A stretch of DNA of 61,300 nt, filler included, from Basidiobolus ranarum (taxonomy: Eukaryota): the NCBI GenBank assembly GCA_040143965.1. It is 13 parts of 13 records of this genome, joined end to end, with 100 filler letters (N's around TTAATTAATTAA, not from the genome) between each part and the next. Parts side by side here need not be neighbours in the genome. Positions count along the whole stretch, not along the records: positions 33,133 to 37,751 come from JASJQH010008765.1; positions 37,852 to 42,466 come from JASJQH010008766.1; positions 42,567 to 47,178 come from JASJQH010008767.1; positions 47,279 to 51,889 come from JASJQH010008768.1; positions 51,990 to 56,597 come from JASJQH010008769.1; 8 more parts are not named here. One strand, 5' to 3'. The notes under the pieces are model-generated. The model had not been told where the DNA came from, did not search any database, and worked only from the letters and a program-made list of their open reading frames with translations. Position 1 is the stretch's first letter; every line of letters starts with the position of its first letter. Positions 36,341 to 53,519 of the stretch are shown here, one piece after another. The translations under genes and the position numbers were made by a program.

Positions 36341-37645
36341 TGGTGCACATATTAGCTACAGTCTCAGAGAACTATGTAACAACACATGTCCAACAAACAT
36401 AACTCAAATTTTACACATTCAGCACTTGAACAATAATTTGTCACCTTTGAAATCCCAAGTTTCTTTGATATATTCTCCCAAATGTTTTTATAGAGATCTT
36501 CATACCCAAGGTAGAACTCACATTCAACACAAGTTTATATCAATGTCTGCATCAAAGCCCACCAATGTACTAACATTGCTGAATCCACATTCCTACAGTT
36601 ATCTGGTGGATACCCTGCAATATTGTGCCACTCTGTATTAAGTTCTTCCCAGATATCTTCACAGTCAACACCAGACTGAATGTCAGATTGAATGTTCTTG
36701 TTCTCAAGCCACATTCTGCATACTTGCACCATGCTTTTCCCTTCATAGATCTGAAAATCTTCCTCAAGCACTTTTACTATTATTATATATCTTTGTAGTG
36801 TGACACTACTAAGGGTGCATTGCAGTGTTTTTGTGGCTTTTTGCTTGCCTTTAAGTTTGGGGCTAACTTTAACACTTTGAAAAGTACCAGTTGATGTTGG
36901 AGGGCCATGAGATATATTTGCCAGTGTTTTGGCTTGTTGAGAGATGCCAGGTGTTGGATAAGCTTCCAAATTTAGCACTCTTCCAACTGGTGTACCTAGT
37001 TCCATGGTTATATTATGCTTTTTGTTGGTATATCTGACTCTGGAAATACAGATCTGTAATGGTGTGAAGAGTTTAATAAGTTGGACAGTAGAGCCCAAAA
37101 TCACGGCTCCTTGGCTTTTCCCTTGGGTTTACTAACTTCCTGCTCCTTGAGTACTTCTTTAGCTGCTTTTCTTTCTTTTCCAAGTCAATAATTGCATGCA
37201 TTTTTAGATGTTTTGTGACTAGACGTATACTAGCCCAATTGCCATTTGCTTGCAAAAACCTAGGATAAGCCACAAGAAATACGTCAAGAACCTTCCGAGT
37301 AATTTCCAGTTTTTGGTTTCTCTAGGATTGGTTCAAATCAATGTGATTTTGGGCAAGATTCCACACAGTTTCCAAGATGTTAAACCACTCATCATCGGAG
37401 CAAGTAATGGCAACTCTGATTTTCAAAGTCTTCTGGTGTTCCAGTTTTCCTATGAGATTTCTACTTTCATGTGCCCTAGCAATTTGGGATTGTAATGTAG
37501 GCTTAATGGTCCAACACATATTCTGCTCTGCTACATGGTCATGGTGAGATACATATGTATGGTGTGGGATTGATTGCAATCCCATTGGAGAATGTACAAA
37601 GGGAGCAGCATGTTGCTGTAGCTCAAGTATAGCATTCTGAAGGTT
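36340..37645 (-). repeat. Repeat family X copy
   Basis: Reverse complement of ~58225-59430, extending further; truncates the copia integrase on its left. Confidence 0.8.
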
Positions 37646-37650
37646 AAAAG

Positions 37651-37751
37651 TGTTGAAATTATTTAGCGAGAATTATTGGTCTGGCCAGGATCTGAACCTG
37701 GGACCTCCTTCACTCTAGCAAGATGCGCTAACCACTGAGCTACCAGTCCTT
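37651..37751 (-). mobile_element. Second copy of the tRNA-bearing LTR-like unit (truncated by contig end)
   Basis: tRNA-like segment followed (minus strand) by ATAATTCTCGCTAAATAATTTCAACA, matching 26278-26303; abuts repeat X. Confidence 0.65.
37677..37749 (-). ncRNA. tRNA-derived sequence / pseudo-tRNA, copy 2
   Basis: GGACTGGTAGCTCAGTGGTTAGCGCATCTTGCTAGAGTGAAGGAGGTCCCAGGTTCAGATCCTGGCCAGACCA; near-identical to 26205-26277. Confidence 0.8.
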
Positions 37752-39645
37752 NNNNNNNNNNNNNNNNNNNNNNNNNNNNNNNNNNNNNNNNNNNNTTAAT
37801 TAATTAANNNNNNNNNNNNNNNNNNNNNNNNNNNNNNNNNNNNNNNNNNNNACTTGGTACTACATCTACGACTAAAGAAGAAATGGAAAACACCGTATCC
37901 CCATTCATATTTGTTGTCCCTTTAGAATACAAACAAGTGGCAAGTGGGTTGGATCGTTTGCGGATCTGATCTATCAATTTGGGGTGCTTTCCTCCGACAC
38001 AGGCCCCTTATTCGCCAGGGGCTAGGGTTAGGTTAGCGGGATCTCTATAATTAGTAACACTGAGAAAGAGGATCAAAAATAGATGATCGATAATTCCTTG
38101 CTCCATAGTGACATCATTTAGACTAGAGATGGGGATACCAGGCTACCCACCGAAATTGGTTTCGCCTACTTAAAGGTTAGTTAAAGCTCTACGTCAGCCC
38201 TGGCATTCATATCCGCAGAAAGATGCTTCAGGTTTTGATGCGAAGGTGCTTAGAGATCATGGACGGCTTGAAACCACAAGAAAATATTATGGTTTCATTA
38301 TTCTTTTGATTTTGGATTTAATGATTGCTAATATGGCAGCATTTTGGCCATTCCTATATTCTGGAATTGCTATCAGTGTTGGTTATAGACTTTTATGGGT
38401 TCTGAAGATCATGATAGGGCCGTGAGGAACTTCGCATCCACGCTGGGCTGGTTGGCCAAGTGGCATCTACTATCTTCCGCCTATCTTTCGCAGCCCACAA
38501 GGCAGAAGCTTTGTAGGGGGAAGGTGTGGAAGTTGCTGATGAGAAGCTAAACTCTATTTCATATCGATTATACTGGTATAGAGTACCTTAATCAGCCGCC
38601 ATCATATTTATTGGTAGAGGGTGTTTTTGGAGTGTTCTAAAGTCAGGCATCGTTCTGCGTCCACCATCCATTCCAAATATAGTTATTCTCTAGGCGGAAG
38701 CTGAAAAAGAGGGCTTCAAATCTCCCCATTTCTGCAGGTGGATATATGAATAGCCTAATGTTACTTTGTATCTTTAAGTTAGGTGGAGAACCCCCCCCTT
38801 TTGCTATCATCCATTCCATCGAAAGTGACTTTTCTACACTGAAGAGATCCTTGAAAATCTGTAGTACAGCATACAGCAACTCAATAGGTCCGCTAAATTA
38901 TTTTTTCTGTTCATCTGGAGAGATCTGTGATACAGCGTTCTATATTTGGACAAGGGCAGAGGGTGTGAGCAGTTGTCATGATATCAGCCCTCATATGCCA
39001 TGATTTTCGTGTAGGTGCATCGGTAATTTACAAACAAATGGCGATCATTTTGTTTGAGATATTAGTAGCTCTAGGCTTGTCACAAAAGGCTCATCACCTG
39101 CTATTCTCATACTGATTTTTCATCTATGGGAAATGACTTTCGGGTACGCAATGTTCATTCATTGGTACTTACTAAATCCATAATAGAAGGCTGCGGGAAT
39201 TCGCTAAGGAATAGTGAATGGGATGTAACTTACTATGTACTCATAGGTATCCTTTTGGAAAATCGACAGATCATAGATGTGAACTAATCTCCATCACTAA
39301 CCACGCGTCCCGGCCCTCTCGAAACACGCCCACTATCCATTGTTCCTCGGCAGTTTTCAAGCCCTGAGGTTCCTTCTGTCTGATACTTGAATTGTAATCA
39401 TCTTATATGATGTCAATAAGCGTTCTATGATATTATCATCACGTGCCACATGATTCGTTCTGTTCCAGACCCCTCTCCCCTTAGTAGAAATGTTAGCCCG
39501 CTCTATTCTTTGCTGAAGGGATGAAAATCAGGAATAACAATATGATGTCTCAATTTTCAATATAGCTACCCCTTGTTACTTCTGTTATTCAGATCTAGCA
39601 ATTTAGCCATCAATCGAATTCTCATTGGTTTGCGTGCATATATGC

Positions 39646-39910
39646 TGTTGAAAATGACATAGCTTAAGTATCTATATAGTCATATAGCTAGCTACCTAAG
39701 TTTCGCTATGTTATTATTCAATAAGATTTTCTCAAACTTGTCCAAAAGTCCCCAAACTTTGTAGACATGTTCCTGAGACCTTCCTGAACATATTCTACCG
39801 GTTGGTTTGTCTACTTCTTGACAAAATTATAAATATCAACTTACAAGTGAAAAGCACCAATTCTTCTAGTTCTTCAAATCGCTTTCAACAACTCCCAAAA
39901 TACTTCAACA
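39646..39910 (+). mobile_element. Solo LTR (variant subfamily, internally deleted) with near-TSD
   Basis: TGTTGAAA...TACTTCAACA flanked by TATGC and CATGC. Confidence 0.75.
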
Positions 39911-40164
39911 CATGCAAGAGTAAAATTCCAAGTTCTATATGTATAGATTAATGGAGCCAAGTTGGTATGAATAAATGAGAAGACAAAAGGTGGTGACTGA
40001 TCTGAATTCATCATACAAAATACACTCTATGTATACAATCTCTCAGAGATACATGTATATTACCCATGCCCACAACTTTATCCTATATCACATAAATCTT
40101 AACTTTTCTCAACCCAAGCATCCCATCCAGTGCTATTCCCAACCATATGTTCTATTCAATGATT

Positions 40165-40234
40165 TTAAAGTGGAATAACTAAATACTAAGCTATATATGA
40201 CTATGTAGGTGTTTAGACAATGCTAATTTCAACA
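40165..40234 (-). repeat. LTR 5'-end fragment
   Basis: ...aggtgtttagacaatgctaatttcaaca matches the family terminus. Confidence 0.7.
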
Positions 40235-40783
40235 ATCTTCACCCTTAAGGTACCAGCAGACAATCATTCAGTATTCATTGATTGTTGGAGATGACAAACA
40301 ATGAGCAGAATGCCGTTAAGATACCTTCTAAAAAGGTAAAAACATCGACTGAAATACAAATTGTGAAGTTTTCTCTAAAACATTGCAAGGAACATACCCT
40401 AGATATGCTTGTTCAGAATCTCAAGTACTGGATACTGCAGTATCAATTTCATGACTTGCTATCGTAAGTGACATCCACCTCATGAAAAAGTAAACAAAAA
40501 TAATAACCCTTGGTCTCCAACTGGCAAAAAATTCATAGTTAACAATATACCCTCTTTAAATACACATCTTCAAGTGTGCAATATGACTGTAGTGTAAGTT
40601 ATGAATAAATATGGTTGAAGGCGAAGAACAGGTTTACTACACTTAATCGAGGCAGTGAGCTATAAGTTTATTAGAGATATGTAATACAAGCGTGCAATGC
40701 TCGTGAAGGAAGTTAAGAGCATATGTTCTATTGATACTTGTGTTCTAAAAAGTATTTTGGTCGTTTTAAAGAAACCTGTTAGT

Positions 40784-41370
40784 CTACCAGTTAGGCTTCT
40801 CCTCATAAGTAAACTCTCCTTTGTCAAGTTCACCCTGGAAAGTATCAAGGATATGTTGGCACATGTCGGTAAGATCATCGAGACCTTTTTGGAGAGCGTC
40901 CACAGCAGTGGTATCATCTAGATTAAGAGTGGAAATTGTTAGAGAAAGCTTTCGGAGATTAAATAGAGTAACATTCATACCATCTGTTTGGATGCGGATA
41001 TTAAGCTTGGCTTCAGAAGGATGTGGAATGGTGTAACCACAGTAGTTAACGTCAGGGCTTAAAGAAATGCGGTTTAGTACGAGAATTGACTTAATAACAA
41101 GTAAAGAAATGATTACTTCTTCATGATGACGTATCTCAAAGCATTTCCTAGAGTATGATCTTCGTCTTTGAGACAAAAGGTAGCAGCAGTTAAATCAACG
41201 CTACTGCCAGCAATGATTTCTATTTTGTCATTCTCAATTTCCTCCTGAGCTTCGACCTCACCTTCATTTTCGCTCTCTAATTCTTCCTCTACTTCCTCTC
41301 CAGAGTTTTGGATTGAGTCGGTATCCATCTCCTCGGAGTTAATGTGTGCGGTTTCTTCTTTAATTGACAT
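40784..41370 (-). CDS. RPC19: RNA polymerase I/III shared subunit AC19 (RPAC2/POLR1D); exons 41370-41117, 41057-40981, 40917-40784
   Basis: [40 protein letters not shown] after splicing two GT-AG introns; acidic N-terminus. Confidence 0.93.
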
Positions 41371-42566
41371 GACTAGTTTGGCAACCTTTGAGTTAGGTGT
41401 GGTGTTATGTTAGCAAGCTCGAACACTATGAAGATATTTTTGAATTTGAATGTCGCATGCGTGATTGAATTTTTTTTTTCCATTTTTTTCTTAGTTACTA
41501 GTTGAAAAGAAATTTGATCAGCGCATTCACACTGTTCGGGAAAAGAATAAAAATAATAGTTTCTGGATTGATTGTGATTATTAATGAAGCAAACTGATCA
41601 ATATTTTCCATCCAATGCTAACAAGTGATTGATTCATTTTGAAAATATTGGTGTTTCCTTTATTGGATTGTATGATAGAGAGTTGGTTTTTTTCTTTACT
41701 TAGTTCATTCAAACAGTGCCTGATTTTCACTTGAATATAAACAACTTGGCTAACTTGCTTGGGTGCTAATATATCCATCTAGAAGTTGCTACACTTACCT
41801 TCTACAATAATATAGATTTGTGGATAAAATTTGAACTGGAAGAAACCTACTTGGTGAGTGCTACCATCTCTACTTTCTGAGATGCGCTTCCTACCTTGCC
41901 ATACACCGAATATTCATTTTGAATAAAGATCTAGAGAGGCCAAGAGCATCACTTGGATTTCTATGATCCTAATGGACCATCCAGAGACAACGCGTATTAG
42001 CACTGTTAAAATGTATTTTGCAGGAGTAGTGCGAATTGATAATATTATAATATGCAGGTGAGAAAACCTCTGAGAAATATAGGTAATTATGGCTATCCCA
42101 TAATTAAAGAGAAAATAGTGGTTGAATAGTCAATCTAGTATTTATAGAAGCAATTCAACCGTCCTAGGAGCACGCAGTAATTTACCAGTCGCTCTTACTG
42201 ATCTAATCTTACAATTATGATATATGCTATAATAGTTTCATGCTTTAACCAATGTCAGGGTGCATTCTTAAACCATTTTCCAGTATCTATGTAGCTCAGT
42301 GCATCATGGATTAGGGTAGAAAGGTAAGGAGTTTTAGGGTGAATCGTGGTTGAGACTCCTATTTATGCATGGCGCTCAGGGCGAGCTATACTATGAATCA
42401 GTTGGGGGAAGGGGGAGGAGGGACAATTGTTGAGAGAGGTGCTAGCGGTTATCCCTAGTGGCGGATNNNNNNNNNNNNNNNNNNNNNNNNNNNNNNNNNN
42501 NNNNNNNNNNTTAATTAATTAANNNNNNNNNNNNNNNNNNNNNNNNNNNNNNNNNNNNNNNNNNNN

Positions 42567-43178
42567 ATCCTCAGACGTTGTTGGTTGATCGTCGGTAATT
42601 TTAGGACATGCTTCATCGCTCTTGACTATTTCGGGCATAGGGATTGTTTCGGGAAGTATATCTGGCTTGTTGAAGTCTCCCTCAATAATAGTTGAACCAC
42701 CGCAAACAAAGAGAGTGAAATTAAAGACTACGTAGAACATGGCTGTATAGGCAGATCCTTTGGCAGATTCCCCGGGGAGAAATGGTGGACTATTGCCAAT
42801 AGACATCAGTACAGCTAGTGGGAGATCAGCAAAGTTACCCCACACATTCATAGAAACAAATCCCCCCTTGAACCCTTCGGGTAGAGGAAGGAAGCACTTC
42901 ATTATGAGGCCACCCACTAAACCAATCAAGATATAAGTGACCAAAACCAATATAGATATCCCCATATTCGCAATTTCAGCAATATCAAGGTGAGGCACAA
43001 GCTTGGATATCAGAAGAGAAGGAAGAAGCAGGTTAACAATGATTTTCGACAAGATTTTGGCGCTGGCAGGAGTAATTATTCCTGCTCTTGCTAATGCAAA
43101 GCCACCAGCTAAAAAATTCAAAGCAACAGTTAGAACCAGCTCAATGTAATGATAGGCAAAATCTATAATTACCCGCAT
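42567..43178 (-). CDS. Auxin-efflux-carrier/PILS (Mem_trans, ECM3-like) transporter, N-terminal half
   Basis: LSKIIVNLLLPSLLISK, WGNFADLPLAVLMSI..PPF..GSAY; several TM segments; truncated at contig edge. Confidence 0.82.
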
Positions 43179-44922
43179 TGATTAAGAGTTTGAGGATAGG
43201 CTTAAGTGCCATCCATATTACGTCTTTTGTAGACAGTGACATGTTGAAGATATTAAACTTGAATGTTGATCAGTCTAAACATGCGGTGGCTTTTATACTG
43301 CACTGCTCATTCACGAGATTGTTCGAAAATCTGTTGACATTTGTCTAGATGGGTAGCGCAATCAAATCCTATTGTAATTTTCCAAATATAGCTAATTAAA
43401 GATTAGCCACTGTTATTCTCCAAATTCACCAATATAGTATACCAAAAGCACTGAAGCAACCAATTTGCTTTTAAACTTCCTGTCAGCTCACAGTGTCAAG
43501 TGAGCATAGTACCATCATTGTCTGCAGAGGAGCGGCCTGCCAAGACACCTACAATGTAAAATCTTGAGGTGGAACTCTTACAAAATCAAGACGCTGAGTT
43601 GACATGGCAGTCCATCCCAAGTATGAGAACGATCTTCAGATTAGGAAGTGACACTCCTCACAATCGAGCTCCCGAAATGTACATTTTCATAGACTCTAGT
43701 AGAGAACATCGAAATTTCTGACGATAAAAACAAAACCTAATTCGTGTTACATTGTGTTGAGCCGTATTGTCTATTCATAGCGTGAATTTCTTGGTCTCTC
43801 ATAAGCTCGATTCATTCATAAACGTCACCTTCCTCACTTTATCGATCGCTTTCTTGACTTTTCATGATTATTCAACTGTCGTGGCTAGCCCCTCCGACCC
43901 TCACTTATATGTCGATGGCTAGATTGTGAATGCTCCAGTATAAAATGAATGGGGCCTTCAATGAGATCATCAAGGGGCTTCATAACTAATAGGCTTGTGG
44001 ATGGTAGTCCAAACCACGCCATCTGCAGCATATACAATAGTATTAGTATAATGCCTGTTGAAGCTTATGATCCATGCAAATATGGCCACTTCATTGCCAT
44101 ACTTACACAAAGAAATTTTGCTAACTTGGTAGACACTACGATCCGTATATCTCAGTTTCGGGAGTAGCAAAGAAATTGGTTGGCTATCTCGGCTAAATTC
44201 CCTGATGCCTAATCTTCCAAATCAAGATGTCACCATCTGCACATGTAAAGTTCAAACCAACTATTGTGCGATTTCCAATTGGTTGGCAGAAGAATATTGA
44301 CTGCATTAGATATTTCTGGTGCTAGCTGTAGCTGCTTAACTGTACAGCAGGAAATGGTGGCCTAAGAGCTCAGAGTATTTCTGGCGAATGGCACTTCTGG
44401 CCCTCTGGAATGCATGACCAAAGGACAAGTCTCGTTACAAATCGGGATGGATGGCAGCAGCCAATGGCATCCTTCAAGCTGTATATGGCAGTTGACATGA
44501 ATGACTATTGTGACTTATTTGAACACCGGGAATTTAATTACGACTTCGTTCAAGTGAAACAATTGAAATCTAACTGCGCTTATCAGTAATTCCAGCGTGG
44601 ACTATCATTGGTTACTGTTACTCGAATGGATGAGCAACAAACAGCAAGATTTCCTGATTTAGAGATGGATAGTAAAAACTCGGTAAAAAGTTTGACAGCA
44701 AAATTTGCTAGAGATAGGAGCATATTTGTATACCTGCTATTTTAGATTCGCTATTTGGATGATGATAAACATTTGATCCGATTTTTATTTGTGTTCAATC
44801 TAATAAACCTGTCCTCCTATGGCACACTGGCTCTGCTCAACCGCACAATATATAAAGACCTTCTACTGTCTACAACTAATCATTGTGTACTATTTCAAAT
44901 CACTACAGTCAAGATCTCAAAG

Positions 44923-46016
44923 ATGTTCAATCAAGGAATATTTCAAATCGAGCTGTTACAAGATCGGTTTATTACGAGCGCTTTCGAAGATGATAATTCT
45001 GTCTTCCTCATCAAGGGTAACTTGATATTCGCGCCAACCTCTCCTGTGAAAATTCACAAGATTCACTTGCAGTTCCAAGGAAATCTAACACTGTATAGAG
45101 GTATGCTTTTAAACTTATCATTTTCCTAATGCATTCATTTACTAAACATGCATCAAATTCAGGAATTCAAAAAACTCAAAGAAACTTAGTCAATCATGAA
45201 TGGAGCTTCCTAGATGTAAAAGCTTCAAAGACCTTCGAAAAGAAGACCTACTCATATCCCTTCGAACTCGCCCTTCCATCGAGCCTGCCAGAATCCCTCC
45301 AAGCCGAGGGCGCTCAAATAGAATACGGCTTCAAAGCCATTGCCGAGACATCTCTATTCCAATTTAATCTTAAAGCAGAAAAACCTATACATATCTCCAA
45401 AGTGGTTAACCCCCTTGTATGTAATTCATTCAATACGAAATCCCAAGGCGTATGGAAAGACGTTGTTTCTTATGATGTCTCCATTCCTAGCTACCAGCTC
45501 AACCCTGGAAAAGTCATCCCAGTCCACTTTCATCATATTCCGCTTTACAGACAAGTTCACATTGTCGGGGTGGAGGTCATCCTTGGAGAAATCACTCTAT
45601 ATCGAGTACCAGATGTGAATGATGCCAACAGCATTACTACAGTCGAAAGTAGAAAAGCCGTTCACTCGGTGTCCAATTATTTGAATTGTGATGAGACTGA
45701 GCAAGTAATCAACATTCGAATTCCCAAAATATCGAGGCGGTTACACTGTGACGCCTCATCTGAATATGTTGAAGTAACCCATAGATTATACGCTAAAATT
45801 GAGATGGAAATTAACGGAACGTACACGAGCATGGTCACATCACTTCCTATTTTGGTTGCCTCTGATGATAGTGACAAGTGCAGTACCGAATATGTTATGT
45901 CCGAGCTGCTACCAAATTACCAAGAAATCACCTCAGATCGTCCACCCTCATATCAAAATCATATTTCCAACCTAAATTATCTACCCCCAAGCTATTCAGA
46001 CATCGTTTCATGCTGA
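44923..46016 (+). CDS. Alpha-arrestin; exons 44923-45100 and 45163-46016
   Basis: IKGNLIF, YSYPFELALPSSLPESL..IEYGFKA, VTHRL; C-terminal LPNY, PPSY, PPSY motifs; TATATAAA at 44849. Confidence 0.88.
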
Positions 46017-47282
46017 TTAGCACTCGCTTACATTTGTACAGAGAATTCCACTTGTAAATAAACAGTATATTTGACATACATAAGCTTTGATTATTCCTAC
46101 TCGTCACAGTATTTGAATGGTTTATCCCTACGAGGAGTCAGTAAGCCTCTCCATATGGAAGCGCACTTTCCCTGTACAGGTTTGATGAAGTCACTTCCAA
46201 AACGGATCAAACGGGTAACCAGAGATCCTTTTCAAATATATTACTTTGAATAACGTGGGCATCATTGGATATCCCTAAAATGCAGTTAAATCAGGATTGC
46301 AGGGCTCAATGAAAGTTCCAGAAATAGAAAGGTGATTGATCGATATTTTATGCCACGAGAGAATAGGGGGTTGAAACCCCTTGAGTAACACTCAATTCGG
46401 TTATTCCATTCATCCATTGAATGGGGTTGGGTTTAGACCAGAGAGAGAAATAAAATAAAACCCTAATATTTCTATCCAGGATTGGACCAAGATTCCAAAA
46501 GCTACGCAAGAGGAAATTCTAGAATATAGACAGATGGAAATCATTATACCGCTTTCTCTGACTAACAAATGCTACGAAAGATAGAGGCTTAAGCAACCAC
46601 CGACAGGCCTCCTCTTACCTTTATCAGAGCCGACTGTTCGAGGGATCCAGTAGCGATGATTTAGAGCAAAACTCGGGAAATACCCAGAATGTGGTGAAAA
46701 ATACGCTTTTTGGAGAGTTTGGTTGTTTAAGTATGGCAAAGTCCTGATTTGGACAGATTTCCAAATCCACTAGTGAACTATATTAGTACCGAAAAAACTT
46801 CAGTCGAATCATTACTGGCTGCAGAGTTGTACCTATTTAGAGATGACATCGATTGTGATCATGTGGCAAAATACCTACTCACTCAACATATCTTTGTGAT
46901 GACTTTGTTGGTTGTGGCGCCAATCCAGTTAGAGCAAAGATATTTCTCTCAAATCCTTTAATTTACCATTACATCATTATCGTATACCGTCTGATGGTAT
47001 TCACTCGGTACGATAACGCTCTAAATTGGCGAGGATTCTGTGATCAAGTCGTACTTGAGCAGAATGTGGGGCTACATTCGTAGCTAAGATTTAGCAGAGC
47101 TGTGTAAGCAATTGATTTATGACAGCACAGTTATGTTGCTTACATCATATTCAATCAGGCATAATCTTAACTCTATTCNNNNNNNNNNNNNNNNNNNNNN
47201 NNNNNNNNNNNNNNNNNNNNNNTTAATTAATTAANNNNNNNNNNNNNNNNNNNNNNNNNNNNNNNNNNNNNNNNNNNNATAG

Positions 47283-50284
<3,002 letters not shown>

Positions 50285-50711
50285 GCCCGCCTTTTTTATT
50301 CCGCTCAATGATTGCGTATGGTTTCCGCGTGACAAACGTATTGATTGTTGTTTCATCTCACCCTATTTTAATTGTTTGAGTGATGATTTTGCTAGGCGTT
50401 CAGAACTATCATCTGTAGAATTTTAGTACATATTATGAAGATAGATTGGTAACCTTTATTTGTAAGAAACTATCGTAATAAATCCACATGGCACAACCTA
50501 TCTATTTTCCTTGCTACAAATCCATTCCTTTCCTGTGATTTTATTAGGGGAATCTCCATGAATTCCTGGTGATGAGAGGATCAGTCAAGCTAATCCAACC
50601 ATAGAATAAGCCATTCTCAATATGAGGCGACGTATCCTCGTCCAATAATCGATATATCAGCGGATATTGTGACCTTCATATGTAAGCTCCTACTCCAATT
50701 CCACCTCACAA

Positions 50712-51889
50712 ATGAATCGCCGTGGACTATTTCCTTGTCTAGTAACTTTTGTAGCTGTCTGGTTAGTTACCTTCGCTCATGGAGCTGAAGAGACCAAAGA
50801 TGAAGGCAACAAGATATATCTGAATTCACATTCAATTCACATGCCGTATATTGGTATTTCATTTCGGCTTCAGATACACATGAAGTGTCAAAGACTGACT
50901 CTAAGTTTGATTTAGATGAAGAGATGCGTTCCAAATATTTTGAATATGGTGGAGATACTCTAATCAACACCTACAAAGCCATTCAACTGACTCCCGACTT
51001 ACCCTCAAGAGCTGGTTGGCTCTGGAGTAAGCATGTGAGTATTTTCTAGTACAGGTGAGAATGTAGTGTGGAATATTAGTTCTAAATCAATTTGTCTTTA
51101 GGCTCTCCCAACTAGTTCTTGGGAGATTGAGTTTGAGTTTAAAGTATCAGGTGCTGGTGCCAATCTGTTTGGAGATGGGTTTGCCTTTTGGGCAACGACG
51201 AATGATCCCTCAACTGGTCAGTATTTTTGAATAATAGTGAATGTTGTTACGACACCTGCACTCACACACGCCTAATGCTTTTCTTTAGGCCCTGTATTCG
51301 GTAGTGTGGATAAATTTGATGGGTTGGGTGTTTTCTTCGATACTTACGCAAATTCAAAAGCAAACGTATGTAGATATTTATATTATGAATTGACATACAT
51401 TTTCATCCATCCTAATCCAGATTATTTAGCATAACTTTCCATATGTAATGGCCATGATTGGAGATGGAAAAACCTCATATGATAATAGTAAAGATGGTTC
51501 TGATACCGAAGCGGCTGGATGCGAAGTAAAGCCCAATTTCGATATATAAGTGGAAGTGATTGTCGAAGATACTAACAAATATGGCCCTTCCAACCTCTTT
51601 CTTCAGGCTGATTTCCGAGATAAGCCATTCCCAACCAAAGCACAAGTTACATACTTCCGTGGGGAATATCTTCAGGTGATCTAAACTTCCATTTGGATGA
51701 TTGAGTGACACTAACCTATGTTGATTTAGGTAAACCTTCAGTGGGAAGCAGAAAATCAATGGACTCCATGCTTTACCATTGATAAGGTGAAATTGCCCAG
51801 CCTTGTGTTCCTCGGATTTAGTGCGCATACAGGGGAGATATCAGGTAATACGAATCTGTATTTGATATGGTGTTACTCGACTAATCTTC
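50712..51889 (+). CDS. Legume-like (L-type) lectin cargo receptor, VIP36/LMAN2/EMP47-like, 3'-truncated, multi-exon
   Basis: Signal peptide; IQLTPDLPSRAGWLWSK, WEIEFEFKV..LFGDGFAFW, GPVFGS..FDGLGVFFDTYAN, FPYVMAMIGDG..YDNSKDG. Confidence 0.9.
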
Positions 51890-51989
51890 NNNNNNNNNNN
51901 NNNNNNNNNNNNNNNNNNNNNNNNNNNNNNNNNTTAATTAATTAANNNNNNNNNNNNNNNNNNNNNNNNNNNNNNNNNNNNNNNNNNNN

Positions 51990-52523
51990 TATCCGATCTT
52001 TGTCATTAGTCAAGCAACCTGCACATATGGCGGCATACGTTTTGCCGCAGACGGACTGACCCCATTCCCACTCAATCCATCCCCAAGTAGCTACTATTCG
52101 TTTAGACATGGCACGATATATAACGGAACGGTTTACAACTTTCGTAACTCTCCACAGCTTGGCCACACCTCACTTGTATTTCGACCTACTGTCGATGAAC
52201 CGATCATTATCAGCTTCAATACGACAGTCCAGTCTGTCAGCTTGGAGTTGGCAATCTGCGGCAGTGGTGGAGTAGCTTTTGCCGAGGCTGTCACGAGCAA
52301 CAATCAAACTGAGCCGATATTAACGAAGACTATACAAGGAGAACCCTGTGGTTTGGATTCCGAGCCATTGTATTCTGATTCAACATACATACTTCGATTA
52401 AGTGGACCACCATTTGATAGTATCAGGGTATATTATGATATCCCACCCGCCGGTTGCTCCTCTATCTCGGAATGTTCGTATGGTGTAGCCGTTCGTTCGC
52501 TAAACTATTTTCTAACATGTTAA
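51990..52523 (+). CDS. Unknown Cys-containing, probably extracellular protein, 5'-truncated
   Basis: The frame of ORF 52242-52523 is open back to the contig edge (177 codons, YPIFVISQATCTYGGIRF...); NGT, NTT and NQT sequons. Confidence 0.6.
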   Translation, partial: YPIFVISQATCTYGGIRFAADGLTPFPLNPSPSSYYSFRHGTIYNGTVYNFRNSPQLGHTSLVFRPTVDEPIIISFNTTVQSVSLELAICGSGGVAFAEAVTSNNQTEPILTKTIQGEPCGLDSEPLYSDSTYILRLSGPPFDSIRVYYDIPPAGCSSISECSYGVAVRSLNYFLTC

Positions 52524-53179
52524 TTGGGATATACTTGACCTCTACATATGTACATAATCCATGGTTTTGTTCATCCAAGTTTACTACTGCCTACCCCTTC
52601 CCCTTCCCCTCATCCACCATTTTTTCTCATCACAATGTGAACGAAGAGATGTGATTAATTCATGAGCATTGATCTCATTCAGTCATTCTCATTCGTTGTC
52701 CATGTAACATTTATTCCTAACCTTGACATATAAACGAATGAATATCCCACATCCCATCCCATACGGTCCTATCAACAGCAATGAGGAGTCTTTTTGCTCT
52801 CTATTGAGAATGAATTTTGGCGCAGTGCTTGATTCAAGTTAATGAAAGCTGCAATAGGTATCAATTTTCCGATCCTATGGCCCAATCTTCGATATAGCTA
52901 TCTATGATGATGTCACGCTCATGATGACATGTAGCCATTTATATTTAGGAAGACTATGTATAGATGTGGGATTTCTGGTGTATATATAGATCACTTAGTT
53001 AGGTGGACTTGGGTCCTATTTAGAATGTGAATGAAACTGATCTCGGTTCATCAGATTTATGGAACTTTCCAAGTCTATTGATTAAAGCAAAGCTATAGTC
53101 AATATGTATATGCGAATGATAAGAGATTCAGTAGAATTTGTGTAATTGATTATGTGCAAATATATACTAGGGTATATAG

Positions 53180-53519
53180 TGTTAAAGTATTTTGGGAGCC
53201 TGTTGGAAGTGGTTTGGAAAATTAGAGAAATTGGTGGCTTTCACTTGTTGATTTATTGTGTATTCAGTTGACATTTATAGTTTTGTCAAGATGTAAACAA
53301 ACTAACATGTAGAATGTGTTAATGAAGGTCCCAAGAACATGTGTTCAAAGTTTGGGGCTTCTTTGAAAAATCTATATATCTGAGAATTTCTAAGTTGGTG
53401 TCAATATTCTAAGTAAATTCCTCTTGGGAATAATGGGTGATATCTTAGTTCAATATAAGATAATTAAATACTAAGCTATGGATAGCTATATAGGTGCTTA
53501 GGCAATGCTAATTTCAACA
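53180..53519 (-). mobile_element. Full-length copia-family LTR
   Basis: TGTTAAAG...AATTTCAACA, 340 bp; no TSD seen. Confidence 0.85.

Noticed and set aside
46367-46383. GGGGTTGAAACCCC hairpin (similar at ~6527) as a terminator
   Set aside because: Eukaryotic context, short stem, no U tract; plausible by chance.
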